DNA of 32,000 bases from positions 37,501-69,500 of the forward strand of contig CAZNZM010000006.1 of assembly GCA_964577555.1 (NCBI GenBank), given 5' to 3'. The notes beneath the pieces were generated by a model, which saw nothing but the letters and a program-made list of their open reading frames with translations, searched no databases and had not been told where the DNA came from. Source of the stretch: an uncultured archaeon. Lineage in GTDB: Archaea; Iainarchaeota; Iainarchaeia; Iainarchaeales; Iainarchaeaceae. Shown piece after piece: positions 8,112 through 16,843 of the stretch. The stretch's first letter is position 1. Each line of letters opens with the position of its first letter. The translations under genes and the position numbers were made by a program.

Positions 8112-9260
8112 ATGGAGCCTTTAGTCACTTTAGTTGGAACCATGCCGCCAATAAAAGGCATAAGCGATTATTGCATAGAACAAATAAAATCTCTTTCAAA
8201 TTTTGTTTCCCTTGAATTTTACGGTTTCAAAAGTATTTATCCAGAATATTTTTATCCAGGCGGCAAAACCAAAGAATATGACAAAACCTTTTCATTGGAA
8301 AAACCGAAAAATGTTGAAATAAAAAATTTTTTAGCATGGTACAACCCTATTTCATGGATTTTTGTTGGTTTAACATCAAAAGGCAAAATATTGCATTTTC
8401 ATTGGTGGACTTTTTGGTTGTTTCCAGTTTTCTTTACAATATCAGCAATTTCCAAGTTGAGGGGCAAAAAAATCGTATGCACAGTCCACAATGTTGTGGG
8501 ACACGAATCAGGATTGATTGACAAATTATTTTCAATGATAATTTATTTAATTCCAGACAAAATAATAGTTCACACCAAAGCCAATCAAAAACAACTTGAA
8601 AACACTTTCCATGTTGGCAATAAAAAAATCAATGTTATCCCCCATGGCATATACGAGTTTTATCGTGATGCCGAAATGACAAAATCAAAGGCAAGAAAAA
8701 TGCTTGGCATTCCAAAAAAATCTAAAGTAATTTTGATGTTCGGCAACCTCAGGCCTTATAAAGGAATTGATGACCTTATTTTAGCTTTTAAAAAGGCAAG
8801 AAAAATTGTCCCAAATATTTTTTTAGTTATTGCAGGAAAACCGTGGACAAAGCAAATAAACGATTATATTATTCAAGAACTTAGCGATTGCTCTTCCTGT
8901 CTTCTAAAGTTGGACTATGTCCCATCTTCGGAAATAAAAAAATATTTTTTTGCATCAGACGTAGTTGTTCTTCCTTACAAGGATTTTGCCGCACAAAGCG
9001 GACCAGGAAACATAGCTTTAGCCTTTCAAAAACCCATTATAGTTTCTGATACCGGCGGACTTGTAGAACTCGTGCTCGACAAAAGAGCAGTTTTTTCCAG
9101 TGGAAATTCCAATGACTTGGCTAATAAAATTTCAAGCATTATTTCAGACGAAAAACTCCTTAAAAAACTAGAAAAAGACTCTGCATTGCTAAGTGAAAAA
9201 TATTCTTGGACATCAATTGCAAAGCTTACCTTGAAGGTTTATAATGAATTGGTTGAATAA
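8112..9260 (+). CDS. GT4-family glycosyltransferase (GT-B fold)
   Basis: VTLVGTMPPIKGISDYC, KIVCTVHNVVGHESG, NVIPHGIYEFY, KVILMFGNLRPYKGIDDLILAF, PYKDFAAQSGPGNIALAFQKPIIVSDTGGLVELV. ORF track starts at TTG 8088; ATG 8112 fits promoter spacing better. Confidence 0.88.
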   Translation: MEPLVTLVGTMPPIKGISDYCIEQIKSLSNFVSLEFYGFKSIYPEYFYPGGKTKEYDKTFSLEKPKNVEIKNFLAWYNPISWIFVGLTSKGKILHFHWWTFWLFPVFFTISAISKLRGKKIVCTVHNVVGHESGLIDKLFSMIIYLIPDKIIVHTKANQKQLENTFHVGNKKINVIPHGIYEFYRDAEMTKSKARKMLGIPKKSKVILMFGNLRPYKGIDDLILAFKKARKIVPNIFLVIAGKPWTKQINDYIIQELSDCSSCLLKLDYVPSSEIKKYFFASDVVVLPYKDFAAQSGPGNIALAFQKPIIVSDTGGLVELVLDKRAVFSSGNSNDLANKISSIISDEKLLKKLEKDSALLSEKYSWTSIAKLTLKVYNELVE

Positions 9261-9268
9261 ATTTTTTT

Positions 9269-10297
9269 ATGGGTTTTTTAATTCATTCTAGGGCGCCTGT
9301 ACGAATCAGTTTTGCAGGCGGCGGAACCGATGTATCGCCATATCCTGAAGAAAGAGGCGGTTGCGTACTAAGTGCAACCATAAACAAGTATTCATTTACT
9401 TCGCTTCGCTTCACAAATTCAAAAAAAATAAGCCTTGCTGAAACCAATAATAATTCCCTGATGCTTGAATCAATAGAAGATGCAGTCCTTGACGGAAATT
9501 TTGACCTTGCAAAAACAGTCATAATGGAAATGAATCCAAAAACAGGTTTGGAATTGTTTTTCAGAAACGATGTTCCGCCTCGCAGCGGCCTTGGATCTTC
9601 GGCAGCAGCTTTCGTTTCTATAATAGGCGCATTCAACCTTGCTTTCGGCAAAAAACTTTCAAAACACGAAATAGCCCAACTAGCTTTTGAAATAGAAAGA
9701 AACAGGCTTGGCGTGAAAGGCGGCAAACAAGATCAATTTGCGTCATCATATGGCGGCCTCAACTTTATCGAATTTATAGGAAAAAATGTTAAGGTTTCAA
9801 GCATGAATATTTCAAAATCAACATTATTAGAGCTTGAAAAAAATCTTTTGCTGGTTTTTGTTGGCGAAAGAAAAATGAACGGAACCGACATAATATCTGA
9901 CCAAGTGAATTCTTTTGTTTCAGGAAATAAACAAGTTTCGGATGCTTTGGATTCTGCAAAAAGCATTGCCATTGATATGAAAAACGCCCTCAAAAAAGGC
10001 GATTTAGAACAATTTGGAAAACTATTGGACAAAGGCTGGGTTGAAAAGAAAAAATACAGCAAAAACATTTCAAATCCATTTATTGACAAAATATACTCAA
10101 CTGCAATCAGCGCAGGTGCAATAGGCGGCAAGTTGACAGGCGCAGGCGGAGGCGGTTATATGGTGTTTTATTGTTATCCGGACAAAGAAATTAATGTTAA
10201 AGACAAGCTTGTTGAAATAGGCGTTAATCCAATTAATTTTTCATTTGACTTTGAAGGAGTACAAGCTTGGAAGATAAAGGTAGATAAAAATGATTAA
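9269..10297 (+). CDS. hddA: GHMP kinase, D-glycero-alpha-D-manno-heptose 7-phosphate kinase-like (HddA)
   Basis: IHSRAPVRISFAGGGTDVSPYPEERGGCVLSATINKYSFTSL (HddA-type N terminus), VPPRSGLGSSAAAFVSIIGAF (GHMP motif), AISAGAIGGKLTGAGGGGYMVFY (motif 3). Confidence 0.85.
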   Translation: MGFLIHSRAPVRISFAGGGTDVSPYPEERGGCVLSATINKYSFTSLRFTNSKKISLAETNNNSLMLESIEDAVLDGNFDLAKTVIMEMNPKTGLELFFRNDVPPRSGLGSSAAAFVSIIGAFNLAFGKKLSKHEIAQLAFEIERNRLGVKGGKQDQFASSYGGLNFIEFIGKNVKVSSMNISKSTLLELEKNLLLVFVGERKMNGTDIISDQVNSFVSGNKQVSDALDSAKSIAIDMKNALKKGDLEQFGKLLDKGWVEKKKYSKNISNPFIDKIYSTAISAGAIGGKLTGAGGGGYMVFYCYPDKEINVKDKLVEIGVNPINFSFDFEGVQAWKIKVDKND

Positions 10298-10877
10298 TTC
10301 TGACAAAGCCATGAAAATAATAGAAAACAATTTTTCCGAACACCAAAAAGTATTGGCCGATTCACTTAATTTATCGCCAATAATAGTTAAAACAGCCCAA
10401 AAAATATTGGATTGCATTAAAAATGGAGGAAAAATTTTGATTTGCGGCAACGGAGGAAGCGCTGCAGACTCTAACCATCTTGCCGCAGAATTCATTAACA
10501 AGTATTTGATAAACAGGTTGCCTCTTCCAGCAATTTCGCTTACATCAAATCAATCAAACCTGACCTCAATAGGAAACGACTATTCTTTTGACTTGGTTTT
10601 CAGCAAACAGGTTGATGCACTTGGAAAATCAGGAGACATACTTATCGCGATCAGCACTTCTGGTTTGTCAAAAAATATTTTAGAAGCAATAAAATCAGCA
10701 AAGAAAAAATCAATGTTCTCTATTATTTTCACAGGAAATAAAACAACAGAAGCTTCAAAAATAAGCGATTTGGCAATACATGTGCCTTCCCAATCCACGC
10801 CAAGAATACAGGAAATTCATCTTTTGATTTACCATTGCATTTGTGAAATAGTTGAGAGGGAATTGTTTGAAAAATAA
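10290..10877 (+). CDS. gmhA: SIS-domain phosphoheptose isomerase-like protein (GmhA)
   Basis: KILICGNGGSAADSNHLAAEFINKY, LTSIGNDYSFDLVFSKQV, GDILIAISTSGLSKNILEAI, TPRIQEIHLLIYHCICEIVE; overlaps the HddA-like gene. Confidence 0.9.
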   Translation: MINSDKAMKIIENNFSEHQKVLADSLNLSPIIVKTAQKILDCIKNGGKILICGNGGSAADSNHLAAEFINKYLINRLPLPAISLTSNQSNLTSIGNDYSFDLVFSKQVDALGKSGDILIAISTSGLSKNILEAIKSAKKKSMFSIIFTGNKTTEASKISDLAIHVPSQSTPRIQEIHLLIYHCICEIVERELFEK

Positions 10878-11421
10878 AGCCATATTTTTGGACAGAGATG
10901 GAGTAATAATCAAGGATGCAGGGCATTTGAACAAAAAATCTCAAGTGAGGCTTATAAGAGGAGTTTCCAAAGCCATAAAGTTGCTCAACAAACATTATCT
11001 TGTAATAGTAATTTCAAACCAATCGGTTGTAGCAAGAGGCATGGCAACAATCAGCGAAGTTCAAGAAATAAACCAATACATTTTGGGTTTATTATCCAAA
11101 AAAGGTGCAAAAATAGATGCTGTTTATTTTTGCCCGCATCACCCTGATTTTACAGGCAAGTGCAATTGCCGAAAGCCGGAAACAGGTTTATTCAAGCAAG
11201 CTGAAAAAGATTTCAAAATATCAATGGATGGTAGTTATATGATTGGCGACAAGCTAATAGACATAGAGGCTGGAAAAAAAGCAGGTTGTAAAACAATTTT
11301 AGTTAATAATACACTTGGCAACACTGAAAACACTGAAAATAATATTAATATTCTTCAAAAACCGGATTTTGAATGCGCCAATCTTCTAGATGCTGTCAAA
11401 ATAATATTGTCCAATAATTAG
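10867..11421 (+). CDS. gmhB: HAD-family D,D-heptose 1,7-bisphosphate phosphatase-like (GmhB)
   Basis: KAIFLDRDGVIIKDAGHL, VVISNQSVVARGMAT, YFCPHHPDFTGKCNCRKPETGLFKQAEKDFKI, YMIGDKLIDIEAGKKAGCKTILV including the zinc-loop C-P-H-H...C-x-C. Start is TTG 10867 or TTG 10852. Confidence 0.88.
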   Translation: MKNKAIFLDRDGVIIKDAGHLNKKSQVRLIRGVSKAIKLLNKHYLVIVISNQSVVARGMATISEVQEINQYILGLLSKKGAKIDAVYFCPHHPDFTGKCNCRKPETGLFKQAEKDFKISMDGSYMIGDKLIDIEAGKKAGCKTILVNNTLGNTENTENNINILQKPDFECANLLDAVKIILSNN

Positions 11422-11522
11422 GATTATTAAATTCCTACTCTCCAAAACCAAATTTTTGCATTATTAAGCGTACCAAACCATTTATATGCCAAAAAATAAT
11501 ATTTTAATTATCGAGTGGTTTC

Positions 11523-13064
11523 ATGGATTTTTTCCAAAAACATGCTTTTGTACTAGGCATATTTATTTACATAATCATATTCATTGCCTTTTTTCCAAAA
11601 ATTTATTCTTCAATAGATGAACACACTATTCTTAAAAATGCCATTCTAATCAAATCAGGCAAAATTGCAGAACCAACTCCTGAACTTGCTTGCAGATCAA
11701 GTTTATTATCAGACAAAGGATATTTAGGAGCACAATTCATCGGACGTTCGATTGCTATATTGCCATTTTCTTATTTTGACTTGAATGCTGTCATGTTGTC
11801 AGGCTTGCTGATACACCTAATTAACGCTTTTATAATATATTTCATTCTTCGCAAGCTTTCAATTAATCCGAATTTTGCTTTGCTCTATCTTTTCTTTCCG
11901 GTAATGCTTTGGGAAAGCAGAACTCTTTATAGCGAGATTTTTGTTTTAACGTTTTTCTTGGCAGGCTTCTACTTTTATATTAATAATGAAAAATTTTCAA
12001 AAAATTCAACAAAATTTGAAAATAACGAAACTTTTGCCAAAAATTTACTCAAAAAAATAAACAAGCTTTCTGATTTCATTGCAGGCGCTTTTTTTGGCTT
12101 GGCAATATTTGTGAGATATGACGCTTTAATAGGGATTATTGCATTTTCCATTCCGCTTTTAATTTATGAAAAACAGCGTTTTATAAAAATTTTTTCCGGC
12201 TTTATTCCTATATTCTCTATTTTTCTTTTATTCAATTACTTTGTATATGGCAACATATTAGGAACTGGTTACGGATCCGGCATAGCCATTGCAACTTCAA
12301 TTATCCAAAAATTTTCAATTAATTGGCTCATAAATTTTTTTATTTACTCCGCAATACTGCTAATAATTTTTCCAGGCATGTTATTGTCACCATATTTTAT
12401 GAAAGACAAAAAGTTTTTGCTGCAATTTATTTTATTGTCTTTGGGTTATCTTGCAATGAACAGCCGTTTTACAGACTTTTTATCCTTTGACTTCTCAATT
12501 CAAACGCTTTTCACTGGCAGGCTAAGATACCTTGTTCCATTAATAGGAATGCTATTAATACCTTATTCTGGAATGATTGACGCTCTCATTAACAAATTCA
12601 AAATAAACAAAAACAATGCAATTGGTGTTGCAATTTTATTAATGTCCGCAGGCGCAATTTTTGCTTCAGCCCAGCACAACAATTTTATTGATTCAAGATA
12701 TTTTATCTATGAACAAATAAATTCGTTAATTCCATCAGATTCTTTAATTGTAGGCAGTTCCGACGACTGCATTTATTCAATTTCAAAAAACCTTGAAAGA
12801 AGAAAATACTTGAACGTTATTCCAAAACTTGACCTTGGCTTTAATTCACCAGTTTCCCTTGATTCTTATATCAACTCTTCAACCTATTTTTTGGATATTA
12901 ATTACAATAATTTGAAATTTAAAACAGGGTTGCGCCAAAGAGTGATAGTTGCGGAAAGAAAGGCAATGTCAGATTTTATAAATTCCAACAAAGAAAAGTT
13001 AGAACTTGTTTTTGAAACTTCTCAACCAAACGATTTCAAAATTTACAAATGGAAAGGCGATTGA
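11523..13064 (+). CDS. Polytopic membrane protein, probable GT-C/GT39-like glycosyltransferase
   Basis: 513 aa with many TM helices, early acidic loop SSIDEHTILKNAILI, WESRTLYSEIFVLTFFLAGFYFY; soluble C-terminal segment. Confidence 0.6.
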   Translation: MDFFQKHAFVLGIFIYIIIFIAFFPKIYSSIDEHTILKNAILIKSGKIAEPTPELACRSSLLSDKGYLGAQFIGRSIAILPFSYFDLNAVMLSGLLIHLINAFIIYFILRKLSINPNFALLYLFFPVMLWESRTLYSEIFVLTFFLAGFYFYINNEKFSKNSTKFENNETFAKNLLKKINKLSDFIAGAFFGLAIFVRYDALIGIIAFSIPLLIYEKQRFIKIFSGFIPIFSIFLLFNYFVYGNILGTGYGSGIAIATSIIQKFSINWLINFFIYSAILLIIFPGMLLSPYFMKDKKFLLQFILLSLGYLAMNSRFTDFLSFDFSIQTLFTGRLRYLVPLIGMLLIPYSGMIDALINKFKINKNNAIGVAILLMSAGAIFASAQHNNFIDSRYFIYEQINSLIPSDSLIVGSSDDCIYSISKNLERRKYLNVIPKLDLGFNSPVSLDSYINSSTYFLDINYNNLKFKTGLRQRVIVAERKAMSDFINSNKEKLELVFETSQPNDFKIYKWKGD

Positions 13065-14066
13065 ATGAAACCAATTGTGTCAGTTGTAATAGTAAGCAGG
13101 GAAAAAATCGATTCCCTTTTCAAGACTATTGAGGGCCTTGCAAACCAATCTTTGCCGAAATCAAAATTTGAAGTCATAATAGTTGACGACGGCTCGGAAA
13201 AACAAGACCTCTCATTGCTTGCAAAAAAATTCAAAAACAGGTTTTCCTCAATCAGAGTAATAAGGCAAGATAAATGCGGCCTTGCAGCTGGCAGAAACCT
13301 TGGAGTAAAAGAAGCCAAATCAAAAATAATCGCTTTTACCGACAATGATTGCCTTCCGGAAAAAAACTGGCTTGCAAATCTTCTTTCCAAATTCAATGAC
13401 CCACAAGTTGCAGGTGTTGAGGGAAAAATAATTACAGATTATCCGAAAAGATTATTCACAAGCGCTCCGGAAAACATTGGAGGAGGATTGTTCACCGGAG
13501 CAAACACCGCTTATAAAAAAGAAATAATCCAAAAAGCTGGTTATTACGACGAAAAAATGGCTTTTTGGCGCGAAGATTCTGAATTTGCATTCAGGGCAAT
13601 GAAGTTCGGAAAAATAGTTTTTGCAAGCGATGCAATAGTTTATCACCCGCTCAGAAAAGATTCCATGTCAAATTCTTTTCGTTATTTGTTCTTTTTGAGA
13701 AACGACTTTTTTTGTATTTTAAGACACCCTAAACAATCATTTTTCATTTTAGCCAATCTTGCAAAAGAATTTTTTAAATCATTACTGGCAATTTTGTTTT
13801 TTGCAACATCCCTTTACATTTATTTACTGTTTGGCTTTGCACAAGCAGTTGCGTTTTTTTTAATTGGTTTATTGGCAGGGTTTTCCATTTTTGTCTTTTT
13901 ATTAACTGCTTCCAAAAAATATCAACTTCGATTTTCAGAAGTATTCAAACTAATATTGTTTTTTCTAATCTCTTTTACAAAATATCTTGCGTTTCCCGTT
14001 TTTTTCTTTTTTGGATTTTTTGATGCAATTTCATTAATGTTTTTTGGAGGGAGATTTTACAAATGA
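13065..14066 (+). CDS. GT2 glycosyltransferase with C-terminal transmembrane segments
   Basis: VVIVSREKIDSL, FEVIIVDDGSEKQD, GRNLGVKEAKSKIIAFTDNDCLPEKNWL, GANTAYKKEII, FWREDSEFAFR; hydrophobic C-terminus. Confidence 0.9.
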   Translation: MKPIVSVVIVSREKIDSLFKTIEGLANQSLPKSKFEVIIVDDGSEKQDLSLLAKKFKNRFSSIRVIRQDKCGLAAGRNLGVKEAKSKIIAFTDNDCLPEKNWLANLLSKFNDPQVAGVEGKIITDYPKRLFTSAPENIGGGLFTGANTAYKKEIIQKAGYYDEKMAFWREDSEFAFRAMKFGKIVFASDAIVYHPLRKDSMSNSFRYLFFLRNDFFCILRHPKQSFFILANLAKEFFKSLLAILFFATSLYIYLLFGFAQAVAFFLIGLLAGFSIFVFLLTASKKYQLRFSEVFKLILFFLISFTKYLAFPVFFFFGFFDAISLMFFGGRFYK

Positions 14067-15067
14067 AGCTTTTTTTATCCCACACAAATTATTCGGAAGT
14101 TATGGGCGGAGTAGAAGTATATTCAAGTTTCATGAAACGCGTTTTTTCAGACATAAATTTTTTGGATTACCATTCATTAAAATCTGATTTAGGCAACTCC
14201 GTTAACCCTTTTTTTCGCGAGCCTGAAAGAGCTAAAAAGCTTGGGGAATTTGTTGAAAAAAATTTTTCCGACGTTGAAATTATTTTTACAAATGGAATGT
14301 TTTGCTGGAACATTAAAAGAATTCCGCAAATAAATATTTGCCACGGCACTTACAAGGCTTTTGCAGAAGCCGCGGTTTCAAAGTTTAATCCTGATTATTA
14401 TAGGCTAAGTTATATATACTCTTATTTTGAAAAAATTGCCGCGGTTAATTCCTCAAAAATCGTTGCCAATTCTTCAATGACTGCAAAAAATGTTTCAAAA
14501 TTTTTCGGACGCAAAGCCGAAATAATATATCCGCCTGTAGATCTTGAAGTTTTTTCCATCAAACCCAAAGAATTTGCAAAAAAAAAGCTTGGCTGGCAAG
14601 GAACAAATGCATTGTTTGTAGGCAGACCAGAAAGAGCCAAAGGGTTTCATTTTATTGAAGACCTAGCCAAGAAAAACCCACAAATAGAATTCCGATGCAT
14701 ACTTTCAAGGAAATACTGTACTACAACACCTAATATTTCAGTTTACCAAAACGTGCCTCACTCAAAATTGCCTGTTTTTTATAATGCATGCGACGTAGTT
14801 TTGTTTCCTTCCTTGTTTGAAGGATGCGGTTTAGTCACTTTAGAAGCACTTTCATTGAACAAAAAAATCGTTTGCCTTAAAACAGGAATAGCATTGGAAA
14901 TTGATTCAGACAACTTGGTAATTTCTCAGCCTTCTATTGATTCGCTCAACGAAAATCTTCAAAATTCCTTAAACTCCAGCAATTCAAATTCAAGGAAAAT
15001 AATTAAATCAAAGTTTTCTTTTCAAAAATTCAAAAAGGAGTGGAAAAATGCAGTCAATTCAAGATAA
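14063..15067 (+). CDS. GT4-family glycosyltransferase
   Basis: SHTNYSEVMGGVEVYSSFM, INICHGTYKAFAEA, IIYPPVDLEVFS, ALFVGRPERAKGFHFIEDL, VVLFPSLFEGCGLVTLEALSLNKKIV; ATGA overlap with upstream gene. Confidence 0.88.
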   Translation: MKLFLSHTNYSEVMGGVEVYSSFMKRVFSDINFLDYHSLKSDLGNSVNPFFREPERAKKLGEFVEKNFSDVEIIFTNGMFCWNIKRIPQINICHGTYKAFAEAAVSKFNPDYYRLSYIYSYFEKIAAVNSSKIVANSSMTAKNVSKFFGRKAEIIYPPVDLEVFSIKPKEFAKKKLGWQGTNALFVGRPERAKGFHFIEDLAKKNPQIEFRCILSRKYCTTTPNISVYQNVPHSKLPVFYNACDVVLFPSLFEGCGLVTLEALSLNKKIVCLKTGIALEIDSDNLVISQPSIDSLNENLQNSLNSSNSNSRKIIKSKFSFQKFKKEWKNAVNSR

Positions 15068-16217
15068 AATAGTTTTAATAGTTACTCCTTATGCAGAACC
15101 TGAAAAAGGAGCCTGCACATTAAGAGTTAATTTCTTTAAGGATGTTTTAGAAAGACAAGGTTGCCAAGTTTTAGTGCTGGCTCCTTACAGAAAATCTGTT
15201 AGTGAAGTAGAAGGAGTTTTAAGGTATAAATCCAAATTCGATTTGGTTTCAAAGATGCTGTCAATTTTCAACAGCCGCAAAGCAAAATTTTTTGTTATAG
15301 GTGTTTCCCCACCTTTATTTACCAACTTGTTTGTAATGATTGCCTCAAAGCTCGGAAAAGCCAAATTCATTCTAGACGCAAAAGACGACGGGCAATACTA
15401 TAAAAAAAATTCTTTAGGAATATTAAAATCACTAAAAAGACTAGTTTATTTAACAACAAGAAGAGTTGTTTACAAGAATGCTGATAGCCTCATGTTTCTT
15501 TCTAATTCAGATTTAAAAGAAGCAAAGGAAAACTATTCTATTCCAATTCATAAAATGCATATTGTAATGAACGGCACAAACACAATGAAAATTTTTTCAG
15601 ACAAAGTTGCAAGAGCACGCATAAGAAAAAAATTCAGGATTCCCCAAAATTCCATAGTGCTTATTTATGCTGGAAGCCTTGGAGACGAAGAAATTTCAGA
15701 TTTTATTGTTGAATGTTCAAACACTATAAAGTCTTCAAAAGCCAAACTATTAATGGTTGTCGCACATGAAAATTCTCTACAAGGAGATTATGAAATTAAA
15801 TCCCTTAAGTCAATTATAAAATCACAAGGCTTGGAAAAAGACGCTTTTATTTTTGAAAATATTCCATATGAAGAATTGAACAAATATTTGTCCGCTTCAG
15901 ATATTGGAGTGCTTCCTTGGCCAGAAAACCTTATTACAAGCATTCCAGTAAAAATATTCGATTATGCTTCAGCAAGCCTTGCCATTGTCGCCAAAGCCCC
16001 ACTCAATTCTGAAGCGTCAAACTTCATTCACAATAATAATTTGGGTTTTGCTGTTTCCGATTGGCAAAACTTCAAAAAAGCAATTGTTTTTCTTATAAAA
16101 AACAAATCAATGCTTGAGAAAATAAAACTGGAAAACAGGATTCAAGCTGAAAAATATTTTGACCGCTACAACCAAAAAAAATTTTTATTATCAGCGGTTT
16201 TCGGAGATTCATTTTGA
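15048..16217 (+). CDS. GT4-family glycosyltransferase (WbuB-like)
   Basis: KIVLIVTPYAEPEKGACTLRVNFFKDVLERQGCQVLVLAP, VMNGTNTMKIF, VLIYAGSLGDEEISDFI, YEELNKYLSASDIGVLPWPEN, PVKIFDYASASLAIVAKAP. Confidence 0.87.
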   Translation: MQSIQDKIVLIVTPYAEPEKGACTLRVNFFKDVLERQGCQVLVLAPYRKSVSEVEGVLRYKSKFDLVSKMLSIFNSRKAKFFVIGVSPPLFTNLFVMIASKLGKAKFILDAKDDGQYYKKNSLGILKSLKRLVYLTTRRVVYKNADSLMFLSNSDLKEAKENYSIPIHKMHIVMNGTNTMKIFSDKVARARIRKKFRIPQNSIVLIYAGSLGDEEISDFIVECSNTIKSSKAKLLMVVAHENSLQGDYEIKSLKSIIKSQGLEKDAFIFENIPYEELNKYLSASDIGVLPWPENLITSIPVKIFDYASASLAIVAKAPLNSEASNFIHNNNLGFAVSDWQNFKKAIVFLIKNKSMLEKIKLENRIQAEKYFDRYNQKKFLLSAVFGDSF

Positions 16218-16805
16218 CGCAATTACCAATATTTCTGGTGAAAAGTCATGATTGGTTATTTTTGATTGAATTTTTTTTATAAAAATTGGAATTAATCCTT
16301 TTTTGTAAATCCTATATATTTTTATGTTGTTGAAGTTTGCTTTTTTGAGTAAAGCGTATAATGTTCTTGGCGAGTAAGGTTTTACATGCGTTACGTCGTC
16401 AAAAAAACCCCATACAGGAAAATAGATATTGTTTGTTGTTATGATTATTTGGTTTGTCAATTTTGAACATTTTTGCAACAAATTTATTGATTGTTCAGGA
16501 TTCAAATGCTCTATTGTTGCAAAAATTGTTATCAAATCGAATTTTTCTTTTATTTCATCAATGTTTTTATAATCTGGTTTGGTGGTTAAATCAATATCTT
16601 GGGTTTTATATTCTTTCAAACTAATATTTTTTTGTTTGCAAAAACTTTCAAAATGCCTCCTGCTTGCGCCTATATCTAAAACTTTTTTTCCTTTTGCTAT
16701 TTCGCTTGCAAACTCAAAAGAAGTTTTCAACATTAGCGGAATTTCACGAAAAGAATTATAATTTGAAAATTGTTTTCTGAAATCGTTATAAGTTGCCCAA
16801 TCCAT
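16209..16805 (-). CDS. Class I SAM-dependent methyltransferase
   Basis: KKVLDIGASRRHFESFCKQKNI, KFDLITIFATIEHLNPEQSINLLQKCSKL, HVKPYSPRTLYALLKKANF. Confidence 0.82.
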   Translation of the reverse strand: MDWATYNDFRKQFSNYNSFREIPLMLKTSFEFASEIAKGKKVLDIGASRRHFESFCKQKNISLKEYKTQDIDLTTKPDYKNIDEIKEKFDLITIFATIEHLNPEQSINLLQKCSKLTNQIIITTNNIYFPVWGFFDDVTHVKPYSPRTLYALLKKANFNNIKIYRIYKKGLIPIFIKKIQSKITNHDFSPEILVIASK

Positions 16806-16843
16806 GTTATCTTATACTATTATTCATGTTTTTTTATTTATTG

